From Dudresnaya verticillata (taxonomy: Eukaryota): a stretch of DNA of 64,000 nucleotides. A model generated the notes under the pieces. That model saw nothing but the letters and a program-made list of their open reading frames with translations. It made no database searches and was not told the DNA's origin. The stretch is taken from NCBI GenBank assembly GCA_977862235.1, contig OZ374557.1, positions 2,790,001 to 2,854,000 on the forward strand, given 5' to 3'. Below, in pieces: positions 49,519 to 62,359 of the stretch (position 1 is its first letter; every line of letters starts with the position of its first letter). A program made the position numbers and the translations under genes.

Positions 49519-51021
49519 TTCATGGCATGGACAAGCTTCTGAATATTCAGCTTGCTTTCCTCTCCTGCTGGACGGCGCTTATACGGTCCCCTCGTATTCT
49601 CAATAGTCTTTTCGCCTTGGGCGTTCTGGTCGCAGTATCAACAGACACACCTGAGTTACCCGTATCCTCTCCGAACCTGACTTTCTTGCTTGACACCATA
49701 TGTCAATACCCCCTTGTCAAACGATGTGGGATTCGAAAGATATCTGGGATTGATTGCCACCCGCTTGCGCGAGACATACAGTTCCGGGGCTGATTGCCGC
49801 TCGCACGCAACGTTGAGAAGCACAGGGGAGTAAAGGCGCTTCGCTCGCAATAGAGTACAGTACCGCAAGGAGGTTAAACGCAGCGCGTCATTTGACGCAG
49901 GTACGCAGGGTACGATTGACAGGTACACGCCCGGGCGTGTCGCTCGAGCTCGAGCGCTAGCGCTTGAGCGACACGCTGCGATTGACAAGTCGTGCTCGTC
50001 GTCGCGTGCGCGGAGGTCAATCAAGGAATACCTTCGCGAGATGCCACGACGAATCGCTCGATAGAGAATGTACGAACAGGGAGAGCACAGGGCAAAGGGA
50101 CACACAGCGCGCACCCAAGGGCAACGGTTTGGGGATGGCGGGGAGTTGCCAGAACACGTGCACGGGACGATCAACCGCGGTCGCGCGCGAATATTTGAGG
50201 CTATTGTAATTGATCGGAAATGGCCCCCGGATGGGGCCGTCGTTGATTCCCGATTTCCACTCAGCGGTGATCACCCATGCTGTCCCCCACAATCGAAAAT
50301 ATCATTATTAAATCCAAAGTTTGAAAATATGATCATTCTCTCCGAAAGCATTGTCTTTTCTATAGGATCCATAGCATCCCATATTTCATTCTACTGAAAC
50401 CGAGATGTCTGTAAAATATATTTCTGGGACTATTAGACTGATTATGAACTTCTACGGCCCTCTCGTCTGTGAAATGTATTTCATGGACACTGGGAAACAA
50501 CGTTGTTAAGTTACATTTTCATTGGCTTTAAATCGCGTGAATTGCGTTTCATAGTCATATGTGCCTGTCAAGAGCTGTTAATTGCCACGTATGCCTACTA
50601 AACACATTCTACAGACAAATGCACCTGTGAAACCATTTCTACAAGCAGTTTTGTCTGTGGATTTCTCTTTGCAAAATTGGGAAGACACTTAGTTTATATT
50701 AGTGACTACAGGACATGTCCAAAGACATGGAAACACACATCTTCACTAATTCATGCACGTAGTTCCGTGCTCGCACTACTGAACCACTACTGCAGAAGTG
50801 CGTTTTCATTTCTAGCATACCTGTGCGATGTATGCTACGCATATGTATAGGGAAGCGCGCAAAGTACGGACTTTTATCGGAAGAGATATATGTACAACAA
50901 ACACACGTTTATTGAATTGACAGAAGTACGCATGCTTACGCGTGCATCCAGATGCTTTCCGAGATGCTTTCACATAGACAATGACTCCTGCAAATAGAGT
51001 TGCTCACACTTGCGAATCTAA

Positions 51022-54000
51022 CTACCCTTGTCCATTGGATTGATTGTCTTGAGAACGCAAGCTGTATCCTCCGCGTGTTCGCATCGGGCGCTGCATGTCC
51101 TCAATATCTTTGCACCGCCGCACGTCCCTTCTTCCTCGTTCAGGAGCAACGAATTCGATGGCAGTCCCATTCGCCTTTTGCAGGCAGGCATTCCAGAACC
51201 CATGCAACATGCGACTCTTGGCACAGACTGTAGTGGTATCGCCTACCAAAATCAGCAGCTTCTTTGCGCGACTTGTTGCGACGTTGATACGGCGGAAGTC
51301 TTTTAGAAACCCTATGTTTCTGCCTGAGTTGCTTCGAGTCAAAGATATGATGACGATGCTGCGCTCAAGACCTTGGAGTGCATCAACAGAGTCGATGAGC
51401 ACATCGAAATCCTCCCTCGCCCTCTTGTCGGAAAGAAACCCGTCTCCATAGTATAGATGGTCCCTGATATTCTGAACTTGTGAGCGATACGGTGCGGTGA
51501 CAGTGATTTCGCTGCACAGCTCCTCGTAACCAGGCCTACCAGAATCCCTAGAACTAGACATGATGTTCTTGAATCTCCATAGAATCCGATCAATTTGCTT
51601 GACCTCGAAGTTATTCGTGAACTTCCCACCTCCAGCAGACACCTCGAATCGGTCCAAACCCTTGGAGGTATCCATAACGTGAATGGAGCAAAGCCATAGC
51701 GACCAGAATTTTAGGGACATTCGTACCGGTCAACCGAAGACGGGTGAAGAATGAGGTCACCATAAACCATTCTGCTTTGGATTCTGGCAATAGCAGGATG
51801 TGTACGATATTGCCGACAAAGCCATGCTACAGGACAACGATAGCGGTCTACCATGCGCTCAAATAGGGACCTAATTTGCATCTTGTAAGGCATACTGTAG
51901 TTGAAATGCCTCATCCTTGCAAGGAAGGACCCAACAGCAAACTGCGACAGCAGCACAGGGGGTAACGGCTTGTGGTCTCCGCATATGACGACATACAAGC
52001 GACCCGTCCCCTTCTTAGTGGTCTTGGCGGCTGCAGCGATAGGGATAAGATACTCCACTTCTGTAGAATTTGCACCCTCATCCACAATAACGATATCAAT
52101 GGATACCTTCAACTCCTGCAGGACAGCACTCGCTGCAGTTGAAAGCGTTGACAAGAACACGATGCATTCGCGTGCTATCGCCTTTCTTGCCTTGGTAGAC
52201 GCGAAGTTGCTTCCCTCGAAATTCTCCGATTCCTCCTTCTCCTTGTCGAAGATCTCTCTATCGAATACCAATGCCTTCTCATTCAGAGAAATGTCCAGCA
52301 AATCCTGGAACTTATAGCGCTGCCGACCGACCCTGAATATATCTGGTATAATCTTCCCACCCTTTCCATCCGCGAATCCCATCTTGAGCTTGCGAGAGAC
52401 GTTATCTACAGCTTGTTTGGAACTGCAGCACGCCAAAATACGCAGGCCTTGGGGGTTATTACTGCAACGCGTCCGACCATCTTCCTTCTTCAGACGGTTG
52501 CGCTCTTCAACGCCTTCACGCAAATGCCCTGCAGTAGAATGATGCAGTAAGGAAGCCACCAGAGTTGAAATTGTAGTCGTCTTTCCCGTTCCAGAAGGAC
52601 CAACGATCTCGCCGAAGGATGAGGATCCCCTCCCCATATCCCCCATTTCGTGCAGAACCATACTCACAGAATTTTTCTGAGAAGGGTTACATTCCACCTC
52701 CCCCAGGCCATCCAAAAACGTCCGACAGCCACTGTCAACACCAGTACTCAGCTCCTTTTCAATAACGCTTGAGCGGAGCGCCGGACGCCGAGCAGAAGAG
52801 CCAGTTCCAGGCTTGGATCCATGGCCTTGCGGTAGATTATCGCCGAAGAGATACTCTAGAAGTCTCTGCGGGGCCCTGCAGATGTTGTGGGCAGCTCTGA
52901 ACATGCGGTAGAATGCGACGAAGGACTGCAACGGTTCGAAGAAAATCGTATCGCCCACATCCGGACGCCACCTATCCAGATGACGCCGGTTTCCACACAT
53001 ACGCCCATTCACAGTCTCGATTCGCTTCTCTATCCCCATTTCGTCCACGGACGCGCTGTCATACGAGAGACTGCGGCACAGGAATAGCATCAAAGGCGAG
53101 TCTGGCCTTCGGATATTCTCCTTAGCAGTGTTTCTTATAACGCCTATGCACAGAGTCATGCCAGCCACGTCGTCAACTACCTTCTTGTTCAGAGTGAGAT
53201 TCTGGCTTGCGCACTTGAAATTGTAGAGTAGACTTGACGTTTGTGCCTTGTTGATACGAAACTGAAACATTGTGGATTCCTTCTCCACCAGGGTAGACAA
53301 GAACTTTTCTCTCGGCCACTTCCCTTCGAGCGTATCTCGAATCAATCGACATTTGGTATCGAGCAGGTGGCGGATGAGGAAATTCAGCTCAAGGTACAGG
53401 AACACTTTCAAATGATCACTGTATGAAGAGATATCTTTTGCGTAAGACGCATCAGGGAGCATAAAAGGCTTGTTCACCGAAAGGAAGTGCTCAAGCCAGT
53501 AGTCATCGTCAAGAGTTACACTCCAATTCTTTCTGTTGAAAGCCGTAGCTGACCTAGGATCAATAACCGGGAACGTGATGGCGGCATGCAGAATTTCCAA
53601 GTCAACATCAAGCTTTCTGTCTTCTACCTTGTTATTCATCCGGGCCACCTTCAACGTTGCGAGTTCCTCACGCGTATGCGTTCTGGAACTGGCGATTGAA
53701 CCAGAACTGCCGTCTTCATCTTCCATTTGGTTGTCCTGATCAGCTTTCATTTGTTTGTCCTGATCAGCTCGGTCTCCTTCTTCACCTTCAGCAACTTCCA
53801 AAACCATGTCCTCGTTATCCGACTCTGGCACTTCAACATCGAAGCCCTGATGTCCAACTTCGTAGCCTAATGCTCCGTTACGCATCTCCTGGAGATTTCC
53901 GCAGAACTATTCCTGGAGAGAAGCAGGATTACGCTTGAAGCGAGTGCGCCTAGGCTTGTCCGTAGATTTGGGAAGTGGTTTCCTAGCCTCCTCCATTAAT

Positions 54001-54383
54001 CCCTTTAGATAATCACTGTGTCCGGGATGTGACGGGTTCGCAGGGTCATTAGGATTATCCTCATTATGCTTGGGAATAAGCCCTGTCCAAGCAGGAAAAT
54101 CGTCAAACATCTGTAAGGCCTTCTTCCTGCGTGTTGCCGGGCCGCTTCCCCTCCCACGCGACAGCCAGGTTGGATTTCCCCCAGCGGGACCTGTGGATTG
54201 GGCCTGGTCGTGGCTCGACCCCGCGCGGTGAACTTGAAAAGCTGCAGTCTGCGTACGAGGGGCGACTTGAGCAGGGACTTCTGACAGCGTGCGGGCACTT
54301 GCAGCGCGTCCTATTGAGGGGCTCGGACCCATTAGATCCGTCCTTCTCCTCTTGTTGCCGAAGCCGTTTCCTTCCTGCCCCAC
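51022..54383 (-). pseudogene. UPF1/Sen1/DNA2-type superfamily-1 helicase
   Basis: GPSGTGKTT, ILACCSSKQAVD, IVDEGA, GDHKPLPP, SLFERM, QYRTHP, APYRSQV, VDALQGLER and RRINVATSRAK; frameshift at ~51715. Confidence 0.9.
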
Positions 54384-54390
54384 ATTATCT

Positions 54391-54660
54391 GTAGGGTGAT
54401 GCTTGGACCGCGGTCTGCGGGCTTCTTCTATGTCCGCCAGCTGCGCGTACGATGACCGCGCAGCGGGCTTGGCTACATCCGCCTGTGGGTCCGAGACATT
54501 CAGGAGCTCAGTATCCTTCTCCGTAGGGGTACTTAGACCGTTGTCTGCGGGCCTCTTCTAAGTCAGTCAGCTGCGCGTACGAGGAACGCGCAGCGGGCTT
54601 CGAAGCGATCACTGCATCAGCCGGTGGGTCCGCGACATTCAGGCGCTCAGTCTCCTTCTC
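54391..54660. repeat. diverged ~135-bp tandem duplication upstream of or within the helicase N-terminus
   Basis: gtagg...cagctgcgcgtacga...acattcagg.gctcagt.tccttctc occurs twice. Confidence 0.8.
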
Positions 54661-57109
54661 AATTTATCGCTCGATATCCCGTAGCTCCTGAGTCACCCGC
54701 ATACTTCTCTTGCGCAGAACTTCCATATTTTCCGAGCTACGCCGGCCAGTCTTCGCGATGATGGGTGTGACGGAGTCATCCGCATCTTCTCGTAACCCTG
54801 ATACGTCCATGACTCGCGCAGTGTAGAAGCGTACGCTGTGTGGATGTCCACGAGTAACAACGTGTATCGAAATTCCGGGGGTGTTTGCCGCACGTACGCA
54901 CACGCATAAACAGAATAGCCACTGAGCACGGAAGAGAGTGATGCGCCAGTGACTGGGCGGAAAGCCTCTGCTGTTGTGAACACAGCGGGGGGCTAGCCGC
55001 GCGCGGGCTCAGCCAACGCAAGCCTTGCCTTTCGCTGCAGCGTGGGTGCTTTCCAACGCTCGCAGAAGCAAGAAGTTGTGACAAAAGGGAGGCGTTTGGG
55101 GTGGGGGTGGGAGTCGGGATGTGGATGCAGGATAAGACTGGTCGCGCGCACACAGGGAATAAGAGTACAGGTTAGTGGTTCTGAAGCCGCGTCGGTTGCT
55201 GTTGAATGCGCGCCGGCGACAGCGGTTGACGAAACGTATGCGCGGACGACGACCATGGTTGCCGGTATGCCCTGAGCCGACGAACCGCCCGCGAGTGCAC
55301 CCGCCAAAATAATGCGACGGCACGCATACCCGTCGGGCACATTAGATCCACATGCCATCTGAAGTTGATCCTTGTGTTGTTAGGGCTTGGCCCGGGCCAT
55401 CGTAAAGCCAGGGGCGCTCATCGTAGTGGATCAAAAAACTAAGCGGATTTTCAAGTAAAACCGAAATAAAATGAATGAAACCAAAATCAGTGGGTTTCTG
55501 AGCTTTCCATACTTACGACCTGTGAACACCCGTTTTTAGGTTTCCGATACGGTGTAAAGACTGTGGTTGTACAGTCTGAAGACCGTGGTTGCAATTGTCA
55601 CAATAGTTCTGTTCGTACCATTTGAATGTAATTAGATTTCCTCTCTCGCGGTGCACCGCATGCTGAATTCCGGGATCATGGTCATGCTTCAAGTGCGAAG
55701 GCGCCTACATGAAAGCCCGTACACATTGTAGCTGCAGTGGCGTTTAAACCAAATTGTGGGATCGGAGATTGCATCGTTCCAAACCTGTGAAATACAATTT
55801 CGTAGACACTGAAACTGTGAAATGTACTCTCTCAGTTCAAACGTCTATTAAAATAGGATTTTCAGTTTTACGGTCTGTCAAATCATTCTTTGCAGACCTC
55901 TGAGACTTTTTAAGATATATCAAAGGAATGGACACTAAATCCAGTTCTTACTACGTTAGTATACAGAAATATACTATGTTTAGTACTGCAGTTCGATTCA
56001 TACTCGTTTGTTGAATAATTGAGAAGTTATAGCATGCTGAACATCGGGATATTACCCAAAATGCTATTCGGAGTCGAACAACGGGGAGAAAACGGTTTTT
56101 ATTGCAAAACAAAAGCATTTCATACTCATTCCACATTCATAGGGACCTACTGAAAGGATGGCTGGCATCTAGTTCCCAAAGTTAAAATCCAAGTTTGTTG
56201 TTCAGAAAGATGTAGCTAACTATAGCAGTTTGCTAAACATTGACAAGAGGATACTGTACTTTCGACTTCGGAGATGTTTCAAAATTAACACCACAATAAC
56301 ATTATAGGGACTGCGCTAGGTCGTCTAAATGCGATTTGTTTTAAGATGAAGGGTCTAACTACAGAGATGTGAGGCGAAATGCTACTTATTCTTCAAAGAA
56401 AGCGTGTATGGTCACGTCTACGAAACAATAAGGCCAACCTCAGCTTTCTAACCGACTTTGTCTTGCTCTATTGGAAGCAGTACATCCTTCGAATAATGTC
56501 GACGCAGACGGAAACAAATTAGCGTCTCTAGTTCGGGCACGCCGGAGGAACAACGACAAACATGCGGCAAAATTGGCCTTTTTAGGGTGTCAGGGACGGT
56601 TCTCTTACCGCCCCGAGGCGGCCATCTGTGCGCAAAAATAGCACATTGATGCAAATTGAATCCGAACTGCTCTTACCAGAAATTACCGGCCAGTATTATT
56701 CTGGGCCCTCATCATTTCGCGCGCAGCCAGATGCGCTCCATGCGCATGGCTGTGTATGTTGTTCGTATGTTCACACCTGTAGGCATTCAGAGAGAGATCT
56801 GATCTCACCCCTCGAGGCTTCACCCCCATCACACTCGAGTTGGGTGCAGTCAGGAGAAGAAAGATATCCTACCGTAATTCTCAGAGGAGCTCACCGGCAA
56901 CAGAACTTGAAATCTTGCTGGAGCCCCCGAGTTGTTACTGCCCATCTTCACGCACCCGCTTGCGCCCCGAGTCCTCATTGCTAATACATCTCTTCTCTCC
57001 CTGTCCTGCGACCTCGTATGATGGGTGGCCCTCACTTCCTGTTTGTTTCTTCCAATTCTGTGTCTGAACTTTCGTAGACGACCCGACCCGAGAACGCGTG
57101 CGAGCGGCA

Positions 57110-60100
57110 AAGTACGCTCACAGAAACCAAGACAAAGGACAGCCACACAGAGCGATACAACACGAGACATAAGATGTTTTATTGGACACTCTTCAGATCA
57201 CCCTTGAGGCCCATCTAATAAGAATACCTACTGATAACGGGAACGTTTCTCAACCGACTCCTCGAAGTCACCCGAACGTGAAGACGCACGGCGATGGGGT
57301 TGGAAAGGAGACGCCCGACGAGTCTCCGCTGGCGTGGTAACTCTAGGAGTCGCTTCGTGCAGCGCCGCTCGACTCACTGCCTCCACGGGAGTAGTCACAT
57401 TGACAGTGACCCCGGTACGAAGGGGCTGCGTTACCTGCTAGGTAGAAGGGCCAGCTGAAGTCTCCTTGGGCTGCTCCCTCATAACCACGTTGGTAATGTC
57501 CGCCGGAGGAACGGATTGCCGCTCAGCTCTCTGAACCGGCCCCGGCGACGCCAGAGCCAAAGGGCCACCCGGTTGGTAGTTCACCACTTGGGTAAGTGAA
57601 CCGGTCGCACCAAGGGCTGGAGTCCTCGGCTGAAGATCGCTCTTGCGCAATACCTCTCGGGTGAACTTGTTACAGGAAGTAACGAAACTCGTGGCGTTCT
57701 GCGGCATCGCAGCCGCCATACTCGCAAGAGAAGCCCTGAGTGTTGCCACTTCGGTTCCCAAACGGTCCATCGTCGCCATGTGGGTACCCAGTTGGTTCAC
57801 TTGGAAGTTCCCCATCTGGGCCACCTCCCGGAGTAGCCAAGTCGGGAGTGCCTCCTTCGACACCTACTCCCGAGCGGCATCCAGAGCATCCTCTAAAGTT
57901 GCCGGTACCGGGATTTTCGCAGCACTACACGTCTCTTGAAATCGCCCAAATCGAAGGGGAACCGAGGCAGATAGGGTCGTTCCAGATGGGGCCGTCGCTG
58001 TACCAGAGGGACCACTCGGTGAAACCAATGGGTTAGCTTGTCGAGTCGCTGCCTCAGGAGTTACCATCGGGGGTATACCAGTGGAGGCTGCCCGCGCGGG
58101 TGTCGCCGGACGCGCCTCACGCATTTGCGTTACTGTCTCCGGTGCCGCTTTTGAGTTCGGAGTCCCTGGACGCGCCCCCAAGCCCCGGCGCGCGGTCCTC
58201 GCTCGAATCACAGGCCCTGACGCTGCAGGCGTCCTGTCGGGTTAACCGCTGTAGGTTGGCGCCACCTCGTCTTCGACCACTTGGTTTCTCCCCGCGTTCG
58301 GACCCATGTCGCCCCAGCCACGACCTATTGAATAACTTGGCTTGCACAAGCCGTTCAGGTCACGAGGCTCATCGTACAAATGCGTAACTTTGAATAACTT
58401 GGCTTGCACAAGCCGTTCAGGTCACGAGGCTCATCGTACAAATGCGTAACTTGGCTTGCACAGCCGTTTTCTGGTTTGTCGTATCAAACGTTTATACAAG
58501 CTGATATTTGTTCTTCTGTTCAATGGAATACTGTTCTGTTGAAGCGTTACATTGGTACGGTTAACTTTCTCTTATAGCAGTTCACGGTATTATGTGTAGT
58601 GTTCTGTTTATGTTTCTTTGAGTCTTTGTGTCATAGTTTGAATAGCTTTCGTAGTACTTTGGTCTATTTATATTGACCATAGCTCGTAGTTCGGATGACC
58701 CAGATCATCAAAACACACACACACTCAACAATAATTGACTGCTTCCTATTTTTACCACTTGCAACACTCTACATCCACTGTTCTAACCTGTTTTCCTGCA
58801 GCTGCACCCTTCAATTTATTACCTATACCCTCTGCCTCCTCAAAGGAGTGAAGCGGCGGACCAGGACGGTTATCAACGTGGTGTCGCCTACCAAATCGGT
58901 CCACCGCTTCGGAAACCTCTGGATCATACGCGACCCAAACTTCACCGGCGGCCCACTTGAAGGTCTCCGGTGCGGTTAGTAGTCCCGTCAAGTCGTCACC
59001 CGCAAAGGCACTACCCCCACAAATGAGGTCGACCCTAAGGGTGCGGATTGACTCGATGAGTGTCTTGGATAAGCGAAAGAGGCGACCATCCGGTAGACCA
59101 TCTTGGGCATGATAACCAGCTTCGGTGTAGGGCGTTGGGTCCCAGATACCAAAGTAGGCTGCCTGAAGAAAGGCCCAGTGCTACGTGGAGTACCTGTTGA
59201 GTTTTGGCGATTGACCACACTGGGTAATACCCCTTCGCCGCGGAGTCACGCACATGGGCGCCGAAGTAAGCCAGCACTCCCGGAGATAATGACGGTTAAG
59301 TAGCCGGCGTTAATCACGGCAAGGAGCGCGGACCTTCGATGGCGTGCCACCAGCTGGGTTTCTTCACGTAGTGATCACGACGCCGACCCATGGGGGTATT
59401 CCACATCTCGACATTGTGAAACCCCGCTAGGAGACCATCAGTACGGTTGCGAATGCGCGTCTCCGTCCAAATATCCACCGCCCACCGCTCGGATAACCAC
59501 CACAGGTCCGGAAAAGGCTTCGACTCCAGGAGCGACTCGGGAAGTAACTTGATCTCGTTCACCCATTGGTTGCCCTCAAGGAAGCGGTAGAGTGAGGGGA
59601 CGTAGTCTTCTTCGAACCCGACGGACAACCACTTGAGGTCACTACCGTAGTGATTCGGGATAAGGACGCTCGGAGGGCAGTGACGCAAACGCGCAACCCA
59701 CTGGTTCTCGCGCTTACCCTCGGGATCGCCCGGGAGCGGTAGGTGTCCGGATGGGTGTCCACAAGGTAACCTTGAAGCGGAAATTGCTCCAGCACCTCCT
59801 GATTGGAAAATGCCGACAACCCTCCGTGGCCGCCCATGGGAGAAGACTGGGCCATCGCGGCATAGTAACCTCCGCGGCTCATGCAAGGCGTGACTGGAAA
59901 GACAATGTCAGGATTGGAGAGACGAAGGCGACGGGGTGGCGAGCGGCGTGGTGTTGGTTGCGATTGACGTGGGACCATGTTGGAAAAACCTTTGAGATGA
60001 TGATGCTGCGGAAGAGAAGTACTGCTGCGCGCAGGATCGATTGCCGGCCGACGACGGTCATGGGCGTTGAGCCGTCTGGATACCAAACGTTTATGATTTC

Positions 60101-60682
60101 GCGCGAATCACGTGCAGACTGCCCTGGCGTCCCGAGGACGGGCCACAATCTCGGGGCGAGCTCTGTAATACAGTGAAGGGCTTACAGAAGTGGGCCCTCT
60201 ACCCGCGTGTATGCGCTGAAATAGCGTTACCTATAGGGCGCCAGCAGGGACAAGACAGGTAGCCTATGATTGGTCCAGGTGTCACCCTGTAGGTCAGTAG
60301 CTTAGTATCTGTCTATTTATTTTAGAAATTTTAGCTTAGGATAGGGGACGTGTATATAGCCCAGTATGATGGATGCTGCCTGACAGTCGGAGTACCATAT
60401 AAGGTTATCTCCCGTAGCGGTCACTGTACAGTAAAGGTAAGCACCTTCCAGCCGCAACTACGTCTCCAAGCTATCGGCACCGCAGCACACTTGTCACCCG
60501 TGCCCGGTTAACCGCCCGCTCAGTGCACTACCTTCAGTATCGTGCTTCCAATCAGGTTACGTGCCCTCGTCTACCCTCTGGGTTCCTCCCGCTCTACCAC
60601 CGCTACCAGGTACCCGCTCTGTGGCTTTCTCATTGAGTGCACCCTTTGAGTTCACAAGAGACCTAAAAGGTACTTCCTTACA
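57110..60682 (+). mobile_element. 3' fragment of a second family-C element (antisense ORF remnant + 3' LTR 60164-60682)
   Basis: Reverse-complement homology to 35906-36120 and 9821-12308; LTR TGTAATAC...CCTTACA, 519 bp. Confidence 0.93.
58329..58820. mobile_element. 492-bp AT-rich insertion with 6-bp TSD and a terminal 62-bp tandem repeat
   Basis: ACCTAT at 58323-58328 and 58821-58826; absent from the paralog at ~11650; 58329-58390 is repeated at 58391-58452. Confidence 0.8.
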
Positions 60683-60776
60683 ATTTATATGCTACTACTA
60701 CCGCGATCCAGAGTTCAAACGCTGGAAACAACACATTGTGGGAAAACCAAGTCGAAGCTAAATCGTGGATGACATC

Positions 60777-61240
60777 ATTCTCCCCATAGTAATGATTAGT
60801 CAGTGTACAAGGCCCCTCGAGGGCTTCGTACACGTAAAAAATTACAAAAAATAAACATCCGCCCGCCATTACCATCCCTTGCTGCCAATCCTATTTCTAC
60901 GCACGCCTAAAAATATTAATAGTTCTCCCTTTTACGCCCAATAGAAAAATTCAGCAGCAGCAGCAGCAGCAGCATCAGCAGGATCAGCAGCATCAGCAGC
61001 ATCAGCATCAGCAGCAGCAGCAGCAGCAGCAGCAAAGCTGTAACTCCATTGGCTGACCGCCAAGCCGCGCCACACGATTGGCTGCATTTTGCCGCGGTAC
61101 CAAATCAACGCGCGCGCATTGGTGCGCTCCGAGTTTCTGACAGTAAATTGACAGACGCGCCGCCGCGCTACAGTGATACGATCTTACAGTCCCCCCGTGT
61201 GCCTCCATTCTTAATTTATGTGATTAAAACTGCACCTGTC
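60777..61240 (-). repeat. inverted copy of 7737-8198
   Basis: Ends GTGATTAAAACTGCACCTGTC; internal (CAG)n tract. Confidence 0.9.
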
Positions 61241-61423
61241 TCACGGCTTGGAAACAAATATCATTACAAAGAAATTGTAAGACACCTGTCGTTATCAAGC
61301 GACCCAAACCTACCCTGGTATCCCACAGTATCCCATCGTGCCACAGAGATTACAGGAGTCAGTCGCGCCTTCGGCGCGGCTGCCCGGCGCATAGCGGCGC
61401 GCAGCGCCGCGTCGTTGCCCTTG

Positions 61424-61930
61424 TTTACCTTATAGTAAGAATTTGTATGGGTATGACCGCCCAAAGGGTAGTATTAGCCCGCCCGGCCACGTCTCGAAAA
61501 ATAAACAAAATTCTATATCGATGCGCCAACAATTCCACTTGGCGCCACAATAGTTTCTACGCATCCGAAATTATACCTAGAATACACGGCCGCAGCGCCA
61601 ATGAAAAAAATCAGCAGCAGCAGCAGCAGCAAAGCTCACGATTGATTGGTGAGATGGTGCTCCTTACAGCCGACACCTTTGCTGTGCGCCTGATTTCTTA
61701 CTTTGGTCCTTTACTTTTGTGCGCGCGCGACCGCCGTTACACCCCGCGCCGAAGGCGCGGTGCTTATCATACCAGCACTCAGTGCCGTCCCGCGCCGAAG
61801 CGCGGGGTGTAGCGGCGCGCAGCGCCCCCCGCCGGAGGCGGAGCGAGTAGCGGCGCGCAGCGCGGCCCCCGCCGGAGGTGGAGCGAGTAGCGGCGTGCAG
61901 CCCAGCCCCCGCCGAAGGCGGTTCGACGTG
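61424..61930 (+). repeat. CAG-containing dispersed repeat, copy 1
   Basis: TTTACCTTATAGTAAGAATTTG... is repeated at 63522. Confidence 0.85.
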
Positions 61931-62359
61931 TTTGTGGTATAACGAATGTCCACGGAGACGCGGGGAAATCTCGCACTGTAAGGGATGGCCTCGGAGCCGA
62001 ATGTGTGGCCTCGTAGCATAAGGGAAAACGAAGGGAGGAAAAGGGGTGGTAGCGTGGTAGAGCGGGGCGACCGACGTGAAAGCCCACGGTGTCAATGTAT
62101 TCGTGCGCGGAAGCGAGAATTCGAGCAATCGATCACCGGGGATGCCTGCAGGTGCGCAGAGCCTTGGAAAGCGAGGCTCGACCGTATCCGCGGTCACTGA
62201 CACGAAGACATCTAACTCGAATAAACAGGCGCTAACCGAAGACCCCGGGGTCCGGGCGCCAGTCGCTTACCGTAAACTCTCGGAGTTCCTGTCAGACAAA
62301 TAGCTAAGTACTACTACGTGAGCACGAATACACGTCAACACGGTAGCTGGTTTGTACTC

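Noticed and set aside
58329..58470. CRISPR-like array
   Set aside because: The units are directly tandem with no unique spacers, there are no cas genes, and the context is eukaryotic.
59280..59320. Short extra segment relative to the paralog as an excision footprint
   Set aside because: It is equally explained by a diverged 16-bp local duplication; too ambiguous.
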